This document shows positions 52,022 to 62,579 of a DNA stretch of 64,000 bases, piece by piece; positions within the stretch are counted from its first letter, which is position 1; each line of letters starts with the position of its first letter. The position numbers and the translations under genes were made by a program. The notes under the pieces were generated by a model. That model was given only the letters and a program-made list of their open reading frames with translations. It was not told where the DNA came from and did not search any database. This DNA is from an uncultured Planctomycetota bacterium. GTDB lineage: Bacteria; Planctomycetota; Planctomycetia; Isosphaerales; Isosphaeraceae. The DNA lies in the NCBI GenBank assembly GCA_963823665.1, contig CAWGMQ010000006.1, positions 224,001-288,000 of the forward strand. Direction: 5' to 3'.

Positions 52022-54073
52022 TCACCAGATTCGCACGCGATGCTCCGGCGCCAGCCAGAGCTTGTCTCCCTCCTTGACGCCGAAGGCCGCGTAGAACTCC
52101 GGCAGATTCCGCAGCACGCCGTTGCAGCGAAACTCGGCCGGTGAGTGCGGGTCGGTGGCGATCCGCCGCGCCAGCTCGGCGTCACGGAATTTGGTGCGCC
52201 ACGCAAGGCCCCAGCCGATGAAGAACCGCTGATCGCCGGTCAAGCCATCGATCACCGGCGCCTCCTGGCCTTTGAGCGACCGCCGGTAGGCCTTGTATGC
52301 GATCGAAAGCCCGCCCAGGTCGCCGATGTTCTCGCCGATGGTCATGGCGCCGTTGACCTTCTGCCCGGGCAACTGCTTGGGCTCATACGTGTTATACTGC
52401 TCGATCAGCTTCTTGGCGCGGCTTTCGAATTCCTTGCGGTCGGGGCCGGTCCACCAGTTGACCATGTTGCCGTCGCCGTCGAACTTTGATCCCTGATCGT
52501 CGAAGCCGTGGCCGATTTCATGGCCGATGACCGCGCCGATGGCGCCGTAGTTGAATGCGTCATCGGCATTCATGTCGAAGAATGGCGGTTGGAGGATCGC
52601 AGCCGGAAAGACGATCTCGTTCATGCCCGGGTTGTAGTAGGCGTTGACGGTCTGCGGCGTCATGCCCCATTCCTGACGATCGACCGGCTTGCCCAGCTTG
52701 GCGAAGTTGCGTGCCCGCTCAAACGAGGCCGCTCGGCGCACGTTGCCAACCAGATCGTCGGGGTTGATCTCGAGCTTGGTGTAGTCACGCCACTTTTCGG
52801 TGTAGCCGATCTTGGGGGTGAACTTGGCCAGTTTCTCGAGGGCACGTTTCCGTGTCTCGGCGGTCATCCAGTCGAGAGATCGGATGTCTTCGCGGTAGGC
52901 CTCGATCAGGTTGGCGACCAGCTCCTTCATCCGCTCCTTGGCCGCAGGCGGGAAGTGCTTGGCGACATACAGCTTGCCCAGCGCTTCGCCCAGACAGGTC
53001 TCCGCGATCGCCACACCGCGCTTCCACCGCGGCTTCATCTCCGGCGAGCCGGTCAGCGTCTTCTGGAAGAAATCAAAGTCTTCTTCCACGAACTGCTTGC
53101 TGAGCAAGCTCGCCGCGTCGGTCAGGACCTGCCACTTGAGCCAGGCCTTCAGGTCGGCAAGCGGCGTATCGTTAAGGATGGTGCTGAGCGCCTTGAGGTA
53201 GTCGGGCTGGCGCACGACCACCTCGTCGACTTTGACGTCACCCACGGCGCTGAACCAGGCGTTCCAGTCGATGCCGGGCGAAAGCGAATCGAGCGCCTTG
53301 CGGTCCATCTTGTTGTAGGTGAGGGTGCGATCGCGGTTTTTCACGCGGTCCAGGTGGTGCTTGGCCAGAGCAGTCTCGACGGCCATCACCCTGGCCGCTT
53401 CGGTCTTCGCGTCGGCAATTCCAGCAAGCTTGAACATCTTCTCGACGTGAGCGAGGAACTTCTCGCGGAGCGGCTTGAATTTTTCTTCGCGATAATAGGC
53501 CTCGTCGGGCAGGCTGATGCCGCTCTGATTCAGGTAGAGGATGTACTGGTCGGACTTCTTCTGGTCGCTCGTCACGAATGCCGCGAAGAGCCCGGTGATT
53601 CCCTCGCGCTGAAAGCTCGCGATGGTAGGAATCAAGTCGGCCTTGTCCTTGATGGCGTCGACCTTCGCCAGGTCGGCTTCGATCGGCTTCATTCCAAGCT
53701 GCTCGACCCGCGCCTCATCCATGAAGCTCTTGTAGAAGTCGCCGATTTTCTTCGCTTCTGATCCCGGAGCGCTGCCAGTGGCCGCGGCGGCTTCCTCGAT
53801 GATCGCCCGGAGGTTGGATTCGCTCTTGTCTCTGAGCTGATAAAACGAGCCGTCAGCCGGCTTGTCCGCGGGGATCTCGGTGGTCGCGAGCCAGCGGCCG
53901 TTGACGTGGCGGAAAAAGTCGTCCTGAGGGCGAACCGAAGGATCAAAACCTTCGTGGCCTGCGGCCGCGCCGGCGGCCTTGGCCTTGCGATCGTCGGCGA
54001 CTGAGCTGGGGACGACAACCGCGGTGAAAAGAGTGGCGGCGAGGAGTGCCACGCTGGTCCGATTCGATTTCAT
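52022..54073 (-). CDS. pepO: M13 (neprilysin/PepO-like) metalloendopeptidase, secreted
   Basis: PQDDFFRHVNG, VNAYY, GHEIGHGFD, GENIGD, DPHSP. Confidence 0.93.
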   Translation of the reverse strand: MKSNRTSVALLAATLFTAVVVPSSVADDRKAKAAGAAAGHEGFDPSVRPQDDFFRHVNGRWLATTEIPADKPADGSFYQLRDKSESNLRAIIEEAAAATGSAPGSEAKKIGDFYKSFMDEARVEQLGMKPIEADLAKVDAIKDKADLIPTIASFQREGITGLFAAFVTSDQKKSDQYILYLNQSGISLPDEAYYREEKFKPLREKFLAHVEKMFKLAGIADAKTEAARVMAVETALAKHHLDRVKNRDRTLTYNKMDRKALDSLSPGIDWNAWFSAVGDVKVDEVVVRQPDYLKALSTILNDTPLADLKAWLKWQVLTDAASLLSKQFVEEDFDFFQKTLTGSPEMKPRWKRGVAIAETCLGEALGKLYVAKHFPPAAKERMKELVANLIEAYREDIRSLDWMTAETRKRALEKLAKFTPKIGYTEKWRDYTKLEINPDDLVGNVRRAASFERARNFAKLGKPVDRQEWGMTPQTVNAYYNPGMNEIVFPAAILQPPFFDMNADDAFNYGAIGAVIGHEIGHGFDDQGSKFDGDGNMVNWWTGPDRKEFESRAKKLIEQYNTYEPKQLPGQKVNGAMTIGENIGDLGGLSIAYKAYRRSLKGQEAPVIDGLTGDQRFFIGWGLAWRTKFRDAELARRIATDPHSPAEFRCNGVLRNLPEFYAAFGVKEGDKLWLAPEHRVRIW

Positions 54074-54334
54074 GGGATCTCTTCTGCTCCTGACCAATGA
54101 AGTTCCAGCGGTCTGACGCGATGTGCGCGTCAAACCCGACGGCTTGACCGACTCCGTTCGGCCTGTCTCCCGGTGACCGGCGGAGGATCGATGCTTTTTC
54201 TCATCCAGAACAGCTTCGATTAATAGCGGCGATTATGCAAGGTATATCCAGGGCGCGGGCGCTGGTGAGTCGGGCTTCCGGCCTGACATCCGCCGCGGAA
54301 GACGCGGATGATACGACCTGCCACTCGGCGCCAG

Positions 54335-55120
54335 TCAGCGCCGCTTGCGCCGGGACTTCCGCTTGCCGTTGGGCGGCCTGGCATCGGTCAGAATCTCTTG
54401 CAAGAAGGCGGGCACCGAATCCCAGGCCCTGTTGTACGTCTCTTCGAGAGGAATGTAGACGTAGTTCTCCGAGCTGAGGAAAAGCGGCATGTCGGGCAAG
54501 GTGTCGCCCACGGCGACAGGCTCAAGAAATACCTCGACTCCGGGGTACCCTACGTACGAGACACACGTGAGCGGCTTGTCTTCCGGCAGAGCGAAATCGC
54601 CGTCGCGACCCTGGCCCCAAATCGCGCGATGGATTCCCTCCGGATCGCGAGGCGTTGGAGGATACAAGTCGACGATTACGAGGTGAACGCCCGCCAGGAT
54701 CGCTTGGTCCGCTTTTCGCACGAACGCCGCGAACTCGGTCTGGCTGTTCTTGTTCCCCTGCGAGACGATCTCGATCATGGCGATGATCTGGTGATTGGTG
54801 GAGTGGCGGATCACCACCGTCTTCGCTTTTGCGGCATACATATCGACCTCGGTGCGCGCGTGGAAACGTGTCTTCGGGGGCGATTCGGCGACAGCGATGC
54901 CGCCTGCTGCGCCTGTTTGATCGCCGGCGAGCGACCCGGAGACTCGTTTGCAGAGCGTAAGCACATCCGGACCAATGCTGCCTGCAAATTGTTCAGCGAG
55001 CGCGTAGTATGCCGGCGGCAGCACACCTTGGTTCAACGATCGCTTGATCTCGGCGATCCATGAGAGGTGGAAGTCGTGGAAAATCCCCGCGCTCACTCGA
55101 GTCCAATCGTGGACCGGCAT
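54335..55120 (-). CDS. DUF4058 family protein
   Basis: MPVHDWTRVSAGIFHDFH, IEIVSQGNK, GVHLVIVD, LPDMPLFL, LEETY. Confidence 0.85.
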   Translation of the reverse strand: MPVHDWTRVSAGIFHDFHLSWIAEIKRSLNQGVLPPAYYALAEQFAGSIGPDVLTLCKRVSGSLAGDQTGAAGGIAVAESPPKTRFHARTEVDMYAAKAKTVVIRHSTNHQIIAMIEIVSQGNKNSQTEFAAFVRKADQAILAGVHLVIVDLYPPTPRDPEGIHRAIWGQGRDGDFALPEDKPLTCVSYVGYPGVEVFLEPVAVGDTLPDMPLFLSSENYVYIPLEETYNRAWDSVPAFLQEILTDARPPNGKRKSRRKRR

Positions 55121-55189
55121 GATTCGTCTCCACCCAAATCTCATCGCTGCCGACGAACCATCGTAGCATGTTCTGGCCGTCCTCGCTAA

Positions 55190-56788
55190 TCAAAGCTCCG
55201 CCGCAGCCATTGCCAGGTCTTCGTCATCGAAGTCTTCGGGCTCAGGCTCACCAGCCTGCGTTTTGGCGAGGGTCGCCCGCCGGCCCGGCAGCCAGAAAGC
55301 GCAGATGAACGAGATGGTCGCGAACAGCGTGATCAGGATGTAGACGTCGCGCAGAGTCGGGCCGAGATTGGCCTGCACGAGCTTGAGCTCGCTCGGTGCG
55401 AGATTCTTGTGCGTCTCGGGCCGGAGGGCCGACGACACGTCAATTCCCCCGCTGCCGGCCGCGCTCAGCCGCAGACCCAGACCGGTGGCGAGCACAGCGC
55501 CCAGCACGCCCACGCCGACAGCTCCACCGATCGTGCGGGTGAACGTCGCGGCGCCGGTGGCCACGCCGCGCTGGCCCCACGTCACCGCGTGCTGGATCGC
55601 CAGGATGAAGCTGATCGAAGTCGGCCCCATGCCCGTTCCCACGATCGCCAGACCCACGATGAAGAGCGGCCGCGACCATTCCGGCCGCGTTGCGCCGACC
55701 ACGAGCATCAGCATTCCCAGCACCACCAGGCCCGAGCCGATCAGCCCCGCACGGCGGAATCCGTGATGCACGAGAGCCCGGGCCGCCACGGCGACACTCA
55801 CCGCCCATGACACAAAGAGCGGCATGAGCGCCAGCCCGGAAGACGCCGCGTTACCCCCCTGCACTCCTTGAACGAAGAGCGGAACGAACGACTCGAGGCC
55901 GAAGAGAATTCCGCCGAAGAACAGGCTGCCGATCAAGCACGAGCCGATCACCGGGCGCGTCATCAGGTCAAGCGGAAGAATCGGATCGGCCGCATGGTGC
56001 TCGCGAATCACGAACAGAATCAGCAAGATGAGTCCCGCGGCGGCCAGCGTCACGTTCACGATCCATCCCCGGCGCGTGCCGTCCAAGACCACCCACAAGA
56101 GCGATGTCAGGCCCGCGGTCAGCAGACTGGCCCCCTGCCAATCGATGGGTGCCACCGATCGCTTGACGGCCGGCTCGGAGACGTAATACACGAGGAGCAG
56201 GATGGCCGTGACCGCGAACGGGACGCAAAGCAGGAAAACACAGCGCCAGCCCAGGTATTCGGTCAGATACCCGCCGACCAACGGTCCGCCGATGCTCGAG
56301 AGTCCCCAGACCGAGCTGAAAACCGCCTGAACCTGAGCCCGCTCCTTGAGCGTGAACATGTCTCCGAGCATGGTGAGGACGACGGGCCCCACCGCGCCTG
56401 CGCCCAGGCCCTGGATCGCCCTCATGGCGATCAATTGAGGCATGCTCATCGACGTGCCGGAAAGGACCGATCCCACGCTGAAGAGCCCGAGACCGAAGAG
56501 CAAGACCGGCTTTCGCCCGAAGAGATCGGCGAGCTTGCCGTAGATTGGTGTGCTCACGGTCGCCGCCAGCAGATAGGCGGATGCCACCCACGGAAAGATC
56601 TCGAACCCCTTCAACTGGGCGATGATGGTCGCCATCGCCGGCGACACCACGAGCTGCTCGACCGCCGTGACCATCATCGCGAGCAGGAGAGCCAGGATCA
56701 CCATCCGCCGCCCCCCGCTCCCGGAGGATATCCCTGGCGCACCGTCAGACTCTGTTTTCCTCTCCTCCGCTACGCTGGCTTTCTCCAT
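55190..56788 (-). CDS. MFS multidrug transporter (DHA2, 14 TM)
   Basis: WVASAYLL, PIYGKLADLFGRK, RAIQGLGAG, GPLVGG, RTIGGAVG. Confidence 0.93.
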   Translation of the reverse strand: MEKASVAEERKTESDGAPGISSGSGGRRMVILALLLAMMVTAVEQLVVSPAMATIIAQLKGFEIFPWVASAYLLAATVSTPIYGKLADLFGRKPVLLFGLGLFSVGSVLSGTSMSMPQLIAMRAIQGLGAGAVGPVVLTMLGDMFTLKERAQVQAVFSSVWGLSSIGGPLVGGYLTEYLGWRCVFLLCVPFAVTAILLLVYYVSEPAVKRSVAPIDWQGASLLTAGLTSLLWVVLDGTRRGWIVNVTLAAAGLILLILFVIREHHAADPILPLDLMTRPVIGSCLIGSLFFGGILFGLESFVPLFVQGVQGGNAASSGLALMPLFVSWAVSVAVAARALVHHGFRRAGLIGSGLVVLGMLMLVVGATRPEWSRPLFIVGLAIVGTGMGPTSISFILAIQHAVTWGQRGVATGAATFTRTIGGAVGVGVLGAVLATGLGLRLSAAGSGGIDVSSALRPETHKNLAPSELKLVQANLGPTLRDVYILITLFATISFICAFWLPGRRATLAKTQAGEPEPEDFDDEDLAMAAAEL

Positions 56789-57468
56789 CGCCTGAACTTC
56801 CTTCGTGGGTGCTCACTGATCCGCGCAATGTGGCATTGTACCCGAACCGGCAAGACGGACACGAATGCCACGTTCACGGATCGCGCGCTCCCCGCCGCAA
56901 TGGTCAACTGCCATGATCATGATTGCCACTATCGAAGCAATACTCCATTCAGGTACAAAGGCGCCACCGACGCGAAAGTTCAGCCTACACGATGTGTGGA
57001 TTTAGAAAGCTATATTAAGGCTTAAAATGGCGTATTAATCGGCATCGAGGGTTCGGACTCCGAAAGCTATTAGAATGCGCGCAAATGGCCGGATTCGGAG
57101 AGCAGCCAGCCGCGCCCGTTGTGGCGCGACCGTTATCTGACCACGGTCTTCGGCCACTCGGAGTCAGTCTTCGGAGCCACATCCTCGTGCTTCGAGGTCG
57201 ACGGCAGTTTAACCGCGAAGCGTGCGATTCGCGCCACACCCTGCGATATCGCGCGGTCAACTAAACCGGTAGACTGGACCAGCCAGGTTATTGGCGGTTT
57301 CACGTGGGCGGTACCGTCGTCACGAATCCGATCGCTTTCTCAATCGAAGGCGGGGACCGAATCGCGATCGCATCGGGGTATGCGATCTTTGTGTTTGGGT
57401 TGTGAGCGAGGTATCGCGGAAGGTGGGATTTGCAAGTGAGAGATCGATCTTTTCGAGAGGACTCAGCC

Positions 57469-58788
57469 ATGAGATTCTGGAAACGTGCGATTCGACAGGA
57501 TGACCGGTCTCACCGCGACTTCGCAAGGGCTCGGGGTCCGAGCCGTGAACGCCGACCAGAACTCGAGAATCTCGAGGAGCGGACGCTACTCACCCCGGCC
57601 TCGAACGCGCGACCGCAGGGCGGGGTGGTGGCGGGCGGTGCGGCGAGCATCACCACGACGCCTGCGGCGGTCGACATCAATCAGTCCTCTCAGTTTGCCA
57701 TCATCGACTGGAGTTCCTTCAATATCGGATCGCAGCAGAGCGTCATCTTCAACCAGACGAGTGATTCGGCGATCACGCTCATCCGCGACGACAGCAGCAA
57801 TGCCTCGCAGATCGCGGGCAACGTTGTAGCCAACGGTCAGGTCTTCATCGTCGACTCAAATGGTGTGCGCTTTTACGCTGGCTCGCGGGTGAATGCTTCC
57901 GGGCTGATCGCGACCACGGCCGGCATCACGAACGGCGATTTCATGGCCGGCAATATGAACTTCAGCCAGCGCGGCGATACGAGTGCGTTGATCGTCAACG
58001 ATGGCACGATCACTTTGAATTACGGTGGGGAGCTGGTGGGGCTCGTCGGGCCGACTGTGGAGAATGCCGGGGAAATCGCCGCAAGATTGGGCGACGTAAC
58101 GCTCGCGTCGGGCCACACATTCACGCTCCGCCTGGCGGGCGCGAACTCGATTACGGCGGCGGCGAGCAGCGATCTCACGGCGCAGCGGGTGAGCAACAGT
58201 GGCGAGATCGACGCGGATGGCGGCACGGTGACGCTCTCGACCGCGGCCGGCGGGGTGGTTGACAGTCTGGTCGCCAACACAGGCACGATCCAGGCCAAGA
58301 GCGTGGGGACCCAGAATGGCAAGATCATTCTCGCGGCGGCAAGCACAGGCGGCAGTCATGCCACCAACAGCGGCACGCTGACGGCCAGCGGCGCGGCCAT
58401 CGGCACCACCGGCGGCGCGGTGACCGTCACCGCCGATGATGTTGTGCTCGAATCGGGCAGCATGATCGATGTGTCGGGCAAAACTGGCGGCGGCTACGTC
58501 AAAATCGGCGGCGATTTCCACGGACGGGCCGGAACGCAAACTGCCCTCGATACGACAATGCAATCCGGCGCGACGATCAACGCCAGCGCGATCACCTCGG
58601 GCGATGGCGGCAGGGTCGCCGTTTGGTCCGACCAAAAGACGGTTCTCGACGGCGCCATCACCGCCCGCGGCGGCGCAAACTCCGGCAATGGCGGCGATGT
58701 GGAAACGGCCGGCCATTCTCTGACCTTGCACGGCACCGTTGATGTCTCCGCGCCGAAGGGAAAAGCTGGCACCTGGCTCAAGACTTGA
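57469..58788 (+). CDS. LEPR-xLL signal protein with filamentous-haemagglutinin (TPS) N-terminal domain
   Basis: RRPELENLEERTLL; PQGGVVAG, INQSS..AIIDWSSFNIG, FNQ, SQIAGNVVANGQVFIVDSNG, GGDVETAG. Confidence 0.85.
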   Translation: MRFWKRAIRQDDRSHRDFARARGPSRERRPELENLEERTLLTPASNARPQGGVVAGGAASITTTPAAVDINQSSQFAIIDWSSFNIGSQQSVIFNQTSDSAITLIRDDSSNASQIAGNVVANGQVFIVDSNGVRFYAGSRVNASGLIATTAGITNGDFMAGNMNFSQRGDTSALIVNDGTITLNYGGELVGLVGPTVENAGEIAARLGDVTLASGHTFTLRLAGANSITAAASSDLTAQRVSNSGEIDADGGTVTLSTAAGGVVDSLVANTGTIQAKSVGTQNGKIILAAASTGGSHATNSGTLTASGAAIGTTGGAVTVTADDVVLESGSMIDVSGKTGGGYVKIGGDFHGRAGTQTALDTTMQSGATINASAITSGDGGRVAVWSDQKTVLDGAITARGGANSGNGGDVETAGHSLTLHGTVDVSAPKGKAGTWLKT

Positions 58789-58869
58789 CGAACTTCCGCC
58801 GCTGTGGGCGGCGCTGATGTCGGCCGCCCGCGGGCTCCTGCCTGGCTTGCCTCGTCCTCTAAGTTGACG

Positions 58870-59712
58870 TTATTGGTCCCAGCCGCGAGGTAATTGCTCT
58901 TTGCCTGAGATGGTCGAAATTGCCTCGAAAACCGTGGGGTCGATCGTCTCGGAGAGAAAGCGGACCGATCCGTCTGCAAAGGCGATGTTCGCTCCACCCC
59001 GGTGGTTGCCGCCGAACTGACGCGTCCGGCCGATGTAGGGCTTGCGGTTTGGGTCTAAGCTGCGGACGGTCGCGGGTCCGCCTGCCGTCCATGGGCCGCT
59101 GGCTGTGGCCGTCTCGGCAAGCATCATCGTTGTGGATGCACCGTCAGTGATGTCCTCCATGCGAGTCACGCGACCGTATCCGAATACCCCTGCCCGCGGA
59201 TGCGGCGGTGCCAGGGTGACTCCGTCCGTGCCGAGTCCTGAGATTCCCGCGAAGGCTGATGGTGCCGGTGCGCTCGATGTTGCCGGGACGCGGTGCGACG
59301 GGCATTCGAGGAGATTGCGAGGACATTCCATCGCTGGTGTCGTGTACTCAAAACGGTCGTCGAGTGTGCTCCAATGTCGATAGAGCGGGCGGAGATTTGC
59401 AGGCGAGTCCCACGGCTCCTTGTAGTCGACGATCAGGCTCAAGCCTTGCGCAAAGTAGAGAAATACGACCACCGTCCAGCTCAGGCGGCGGTCTGGCGGC
59501 AAATTGATGTTGCCCACCGTTGCCGGCGGAAAACTGCCGTAGGCTGAATGATAGTTCGCGAGCGCCAAACCGACCATTTTGAGATTGTTGACGCACTCAC
59601 CGCGTCGCGCGGACTCGCGTGCACCGGCGATCGAGAGCGATGCTGTTGTCACGACGGCGATCACGGCCACCACGATCATCCACCGCCTGGTTGTCATTCT
59701 GAGCCTTTGCAT
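58870..59712 (-). CDS. DUF1559 protein
   Basis: ARESARRGECVNNLKMVGLAL.NYH, ITDGASTT, HRGGANIAFADGSV. Confidence 0.9.
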   Translation of the reverse strand: MQRLRMTTRRWMIVVAVIAVVTTASLSIAGARESARRGECVNNLKMVGLALANYHSAYGSFPPATVGNINLPPDRRLSWTVVVFLYFAQGLSLIVDYKEPWDSPANLRPLYRHWSTLDDRFEYTTPAMECPRNLLECPSHRVPATSSAPAPSAFAGISGLGTDGVTLAPPHPRAGVFGYGRVTRMEDITDGASTTMMLAETATASGPWTAGGPATVRSLDPNRKPYIGRTRQFGGNHRGGANIAFADGSVRFLSETIDPTVFEAISTISGKEQLPRGWDQ

Positions 59713-59926
59713 GGCTGTGACCTCGGCAAGTATGACTAGACCATTGAGTGAGAACATCGTACAATTGTCGTTGATCAAGGTACCGCGCTATGCGAGGCGT
59801 TGCAAGGACGAACAGAGGGATGGGGCATCATCCGCCCTAGAAGGGCGTGCGTTCCGGTCGTGAACCCGATAACGTGGCGTCTAGCGAGCAACTTCATGAT
59901 CCAGGCTTCGGCGCGGCGAATCAGGA

Positions 59927-60709
59927 ATGACCTCCATGTCAGCCGAATTCGAGAATGATCCGGAATTCAACGATGACATCCCGAAGGCAAAGCCGACGCC
60001 GAGGCGGAGAAACCGGCTGCTCGAAGCTGTCATGGTCGTCGGCATCATCTTGTTCCTGATCGCACTTCTGTTACCGGCCGTTCGTAGCGCTGGGCCCGCC
60101 GCACGCCGCGCCCAGTGCACCAACAACCTCAAGCAGATTGCGCTGGCTCTTCACAATTATGAACAGCTACACGGCGCCTTTCCGCCCGCTTACACCGTGG
60201 ATGCGCATGGCAAACCGCTGCACAGTTGGCGCACGCTGATCCTGCCGTATCTCGAGCAGGACGCGCTCTACCGGACGATTGATCTGTCGAAACCCTGGAA
60301 CGATCCGGCGAACGCGAAGGCGTTTGAAACCCTGGTTTCCGTTTATCGTTGCCCCGAGGCGGCTGGGCCATTGAACACGACGACCTACCTGGCGATCGTC
60401 GTGCCGAACGGGTGCTTCAAGCCCGGGGAGCCTAGACGCCGTGCAGACATCACGGACGATCCGAATTCGACGGTGATGGTGATCGAGGCCGGCGAAGAGA
60501 ATTCGGTCCCGTGGATGGCGCCCGTGGACGCGGACGAAGCTCTGGTGATGAGGCTTGGATCGACGAGCAAGCTTCATCATGTGGGAGGCATGAACGCGTG
60601 CTTTGTCGATGGCAGCGTGCATTTCTTGAAAGCCAGCACGCCGTCCTACGTGCGCCGCGCGCTCATGTCGATTGCCGGAAACGACGGACCGCGCACGGAT
60701 GAGTGGTGA
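59927..60709 (+). CDS. DUF1559 protein
   Basis: LLLPAVRSA..AARRAQCTNNLKQIALALHNY, HSWRTLILPYLE, HVGGMNACFVDGSV. Confidence 0.9.
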   Translation: MTSMSAEFENDPEFNDDIPKAKPTPRRRNRLLEAVMVVGIILFLIALLLPAVRSAGPAARRAQCTNNLKQIALALHNYEQLHGAFPPAYTVDAHGKPLHSWRTLILPYLEQDALYRTIDLSKPWNDPANAKAFETLVSVYRCPEAAGPLNTTTYLAIVVPNGCFKPGEPRRRADITDDPNSTVMVIEAGEENSVPWMAPVDADEALVMRLGSTSKLHHVGGMNACFVDGSVHFLKASTPSYVRRALMSIAGNDGPRTDEW

Positions 60710-60767
60710 TGTGAGCGGTTACTGCGCCCGTTGGCCAGCGATCCAGGCTTCGGCGGGGGTAAGAGGA

Positions 60768-61553
60768 ATGAGGTCGACGCCAGCCAAGCCAGACAATGAC
60801 CCCGACTTCAGCGCATTCGCCGCCAAGCCAAACCGAATCGGCCGATTGACGTTCATCGAAGCTGTCGCGATCATCGGCGTCATTGCGATCATGATCGGAC
60901 TTCTGTTGCCGGTGTTGTGCTCCGATCTAAGGTCTGCCCACGACCACCTTCGGTGCCCGAATAACCTCAAGCAAATTGCGCTGGCGCTTCACAGCTATGA
61001 ACAGGCGCACGGCGTTTTTCCGCCGGCCCACAGCGTTGATGCGAACGGCAAGCCGCTGCACAGTTGGCGCACGCTGATCCTGCCCTATCTCGAGCAGGAC
61101 ACACTCTACCGGACGATTGACCTTTCGAAGCCCTGGAACGATCCGGTGAATATGAAGGCGGTCACCACCGATGTATCCGTTTATCGTTGTCCCGAGTCGC
61201 GGCGACCATCGAACATGACGACGTACGTGGCGATCGTCGGTCCAAATGCGTGCTTCAAGCCCGAGGGGTCTCGGCGCCGGTCCGAAATCACGGACCATCC
61301 GCATTCGACATTGCTGGTAGTCGAGGCCGCGGACGAGGAATCGATCTACTGGATGGCGCCGGAGGATGCAATCGAATCGCTGGTGACTAACATTGGCCTG
61401 GGACCGAAGACCCAGATCCATCATGACGGCTTCACGAATGGGTGTTGCGTTGACGGTAGCGTTCGATTGCTGAAGTCCAACACCTCCCAGGAAGTGTGGC
61501 GGGCTCTCGTCTCGATTTCCGGAAACGACGACGAGATCACGAAGGATTGGTGA
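60768..61553 (+). CDS. DUF1559 protein (tandem paralog)
   Basis: ATG after GAGGA; long stretches identical to the upstream gene; HDGFTNGCCVDGSV. Confidence 0.88.
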   Translation: MRSTPAKPDNDPDFSAFAAKPNRIGRLTFIEAVAIIGVIAIMIGLLLPVLCSDLRSAHDHLRCPNNLKQIALALHSYEQAHGVFPPAHSVDANGKPLHSWRTLILPYLEQDTLYRTIDLSKPWNDPVNMKAVTTDVSVYRCPESRRPSNMTTYVAIVGPNACFKPEGSRRRSEITDHPHSTLLVVEAADEESIYWMAPEDAIESLVTNIGLGPKTQIHHDGFTNGCCVDGSVRLLKSNTSQEVWRALVSISGNDDEITKDW

Positions 61554-62196
61554 CGGGTGCACCCATCCTGCCTGTAAGCCGCCGCAGCTCGAAAGCAGCC
61601 AGCGGAACGAGCCAGCTTACCCAGACCGCGGCCGGGTCGAACCAGGAGGCCGTCACTCCGGTGACGGTTGCCAGCCCGCCCATCATCCTGAGCACGACGG
61701 CTGAGCATAGCAAAAGATAACAGCGCCACATCCAGCGTCGATGAGCCCCAAACCGCCGCGTTATGGCGCACCAGAAGCCGACAGAGACGCACGTCGCCGT
61801 GGCGACTGCCAGGCTCGCCAATCCAACTGCCGCGATGGGACCCGCGGCGGCGTGGTAGGCCATCGACAGTCCGCTGGGGGTCACCAGCAACAAGACAACT
61901 GCGACTTGAGCCCGGCCGAGATAACGATGCCAGGTCGGAAAACGCGCCCGAAAGCGCTCACCGATCAAGATCAACCCCAGCACGAGCGAAATGGGGCCGG
62001 AGACGATGTGAGTGTAAAACGTCCATTGATAGGAGCCGAAGAAATAGCTCTCTCGTCCGCGCAGGAAGTCAGACTCGAAATTGGGCGGGAAGTAGTCGGA
62101 GTACTTGGATAGGGCGCTTGCGGTCACCTTGAGGATCAACACGGCTGCGAGCAGAGTCAGGATACGACCAGGAAAAGTGTAATGATGTGGGCGCAT
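61537..62196 (-). CDS. DUF2306 membrane protein
   Basis: FYTHIVSG, WHRYLGR, HRRWMWRCY, WVSWLVP. Confidence 0.85.
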   Translation of the reverse strand: MRPHHYTFPGRILTLLAAVLILKVTASALSKYSDYFPPNFESDFLRGRESYFFGSYQWTFYTHIVSGPISLVLGLILIGERFRARFPTWHRYLGRAQVAVVLLLVTPSGLSMAYHAAAGPIAAVGLASLAVATATCVSVGFWCAITRRFGAHRRWMWRCYLLLCSAVVLRMMGGLATVTGVTASWFDPAAVWVSWLVPLAAFELRRLTGRMGAPVTNPS

Positions 62197-62249
62197 TCGT
62201 GCGTTGTCCCTTGACCGCATTCGGCTCGCATCTTCTCATTCTACTTCTT

Positions 62250-62492
62250 CTTCGTTGTCTTTGTTGCCTTCTGTTCAAAGCTGTTCTGCGGGCGGGCGGA
62301 AACTCGAGATCTCGTCAGCGAGTTCTACAAAGTAGAGGTTCGAGAGCGGTCCCTGATGAGACGAGCTCACAAGTGAATCGATCGGCTTTGGCGAATCAGG
62401 ATTGGAACAGAAGACGGCAGATGAGTTCGACGGAGAATTGATCGGAGTTGGGAAAAGAGATTGGAACAGAAGGTAATGGAGGAAACGAAGAA
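62250..62492. repeat. inverted pair of purine/pyrimidine-biased AACAGAAG-type repeats
   Basis: CTTCGTTGTCTTTGTTGCCTTCTGTTC is mirrored by GAACAGAAGGTAATGGAGGAAACGAAG; GATTGGAACAGAAG occurs twice (near 62400 and 62459). Confidence 0.5.
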
Positions 62493-62579
62493 TTCAGGGA
62501 GCTGTCAGCCGTCCTGCGCAGGTGTTGGGTCCGGCGGCGGAGGCGGTTGGCGAGAGGTTCGTCAGAGCTCCTTCCTGTG

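Noticed and set aside
56819..56882. Riboswitch upstream of the MFS gene
   Set aside because: An inverted repeat (GTGGCATT...AATGCCAC) is present, but I recognise no riboswitch consensus; an Rfam search would be needed.
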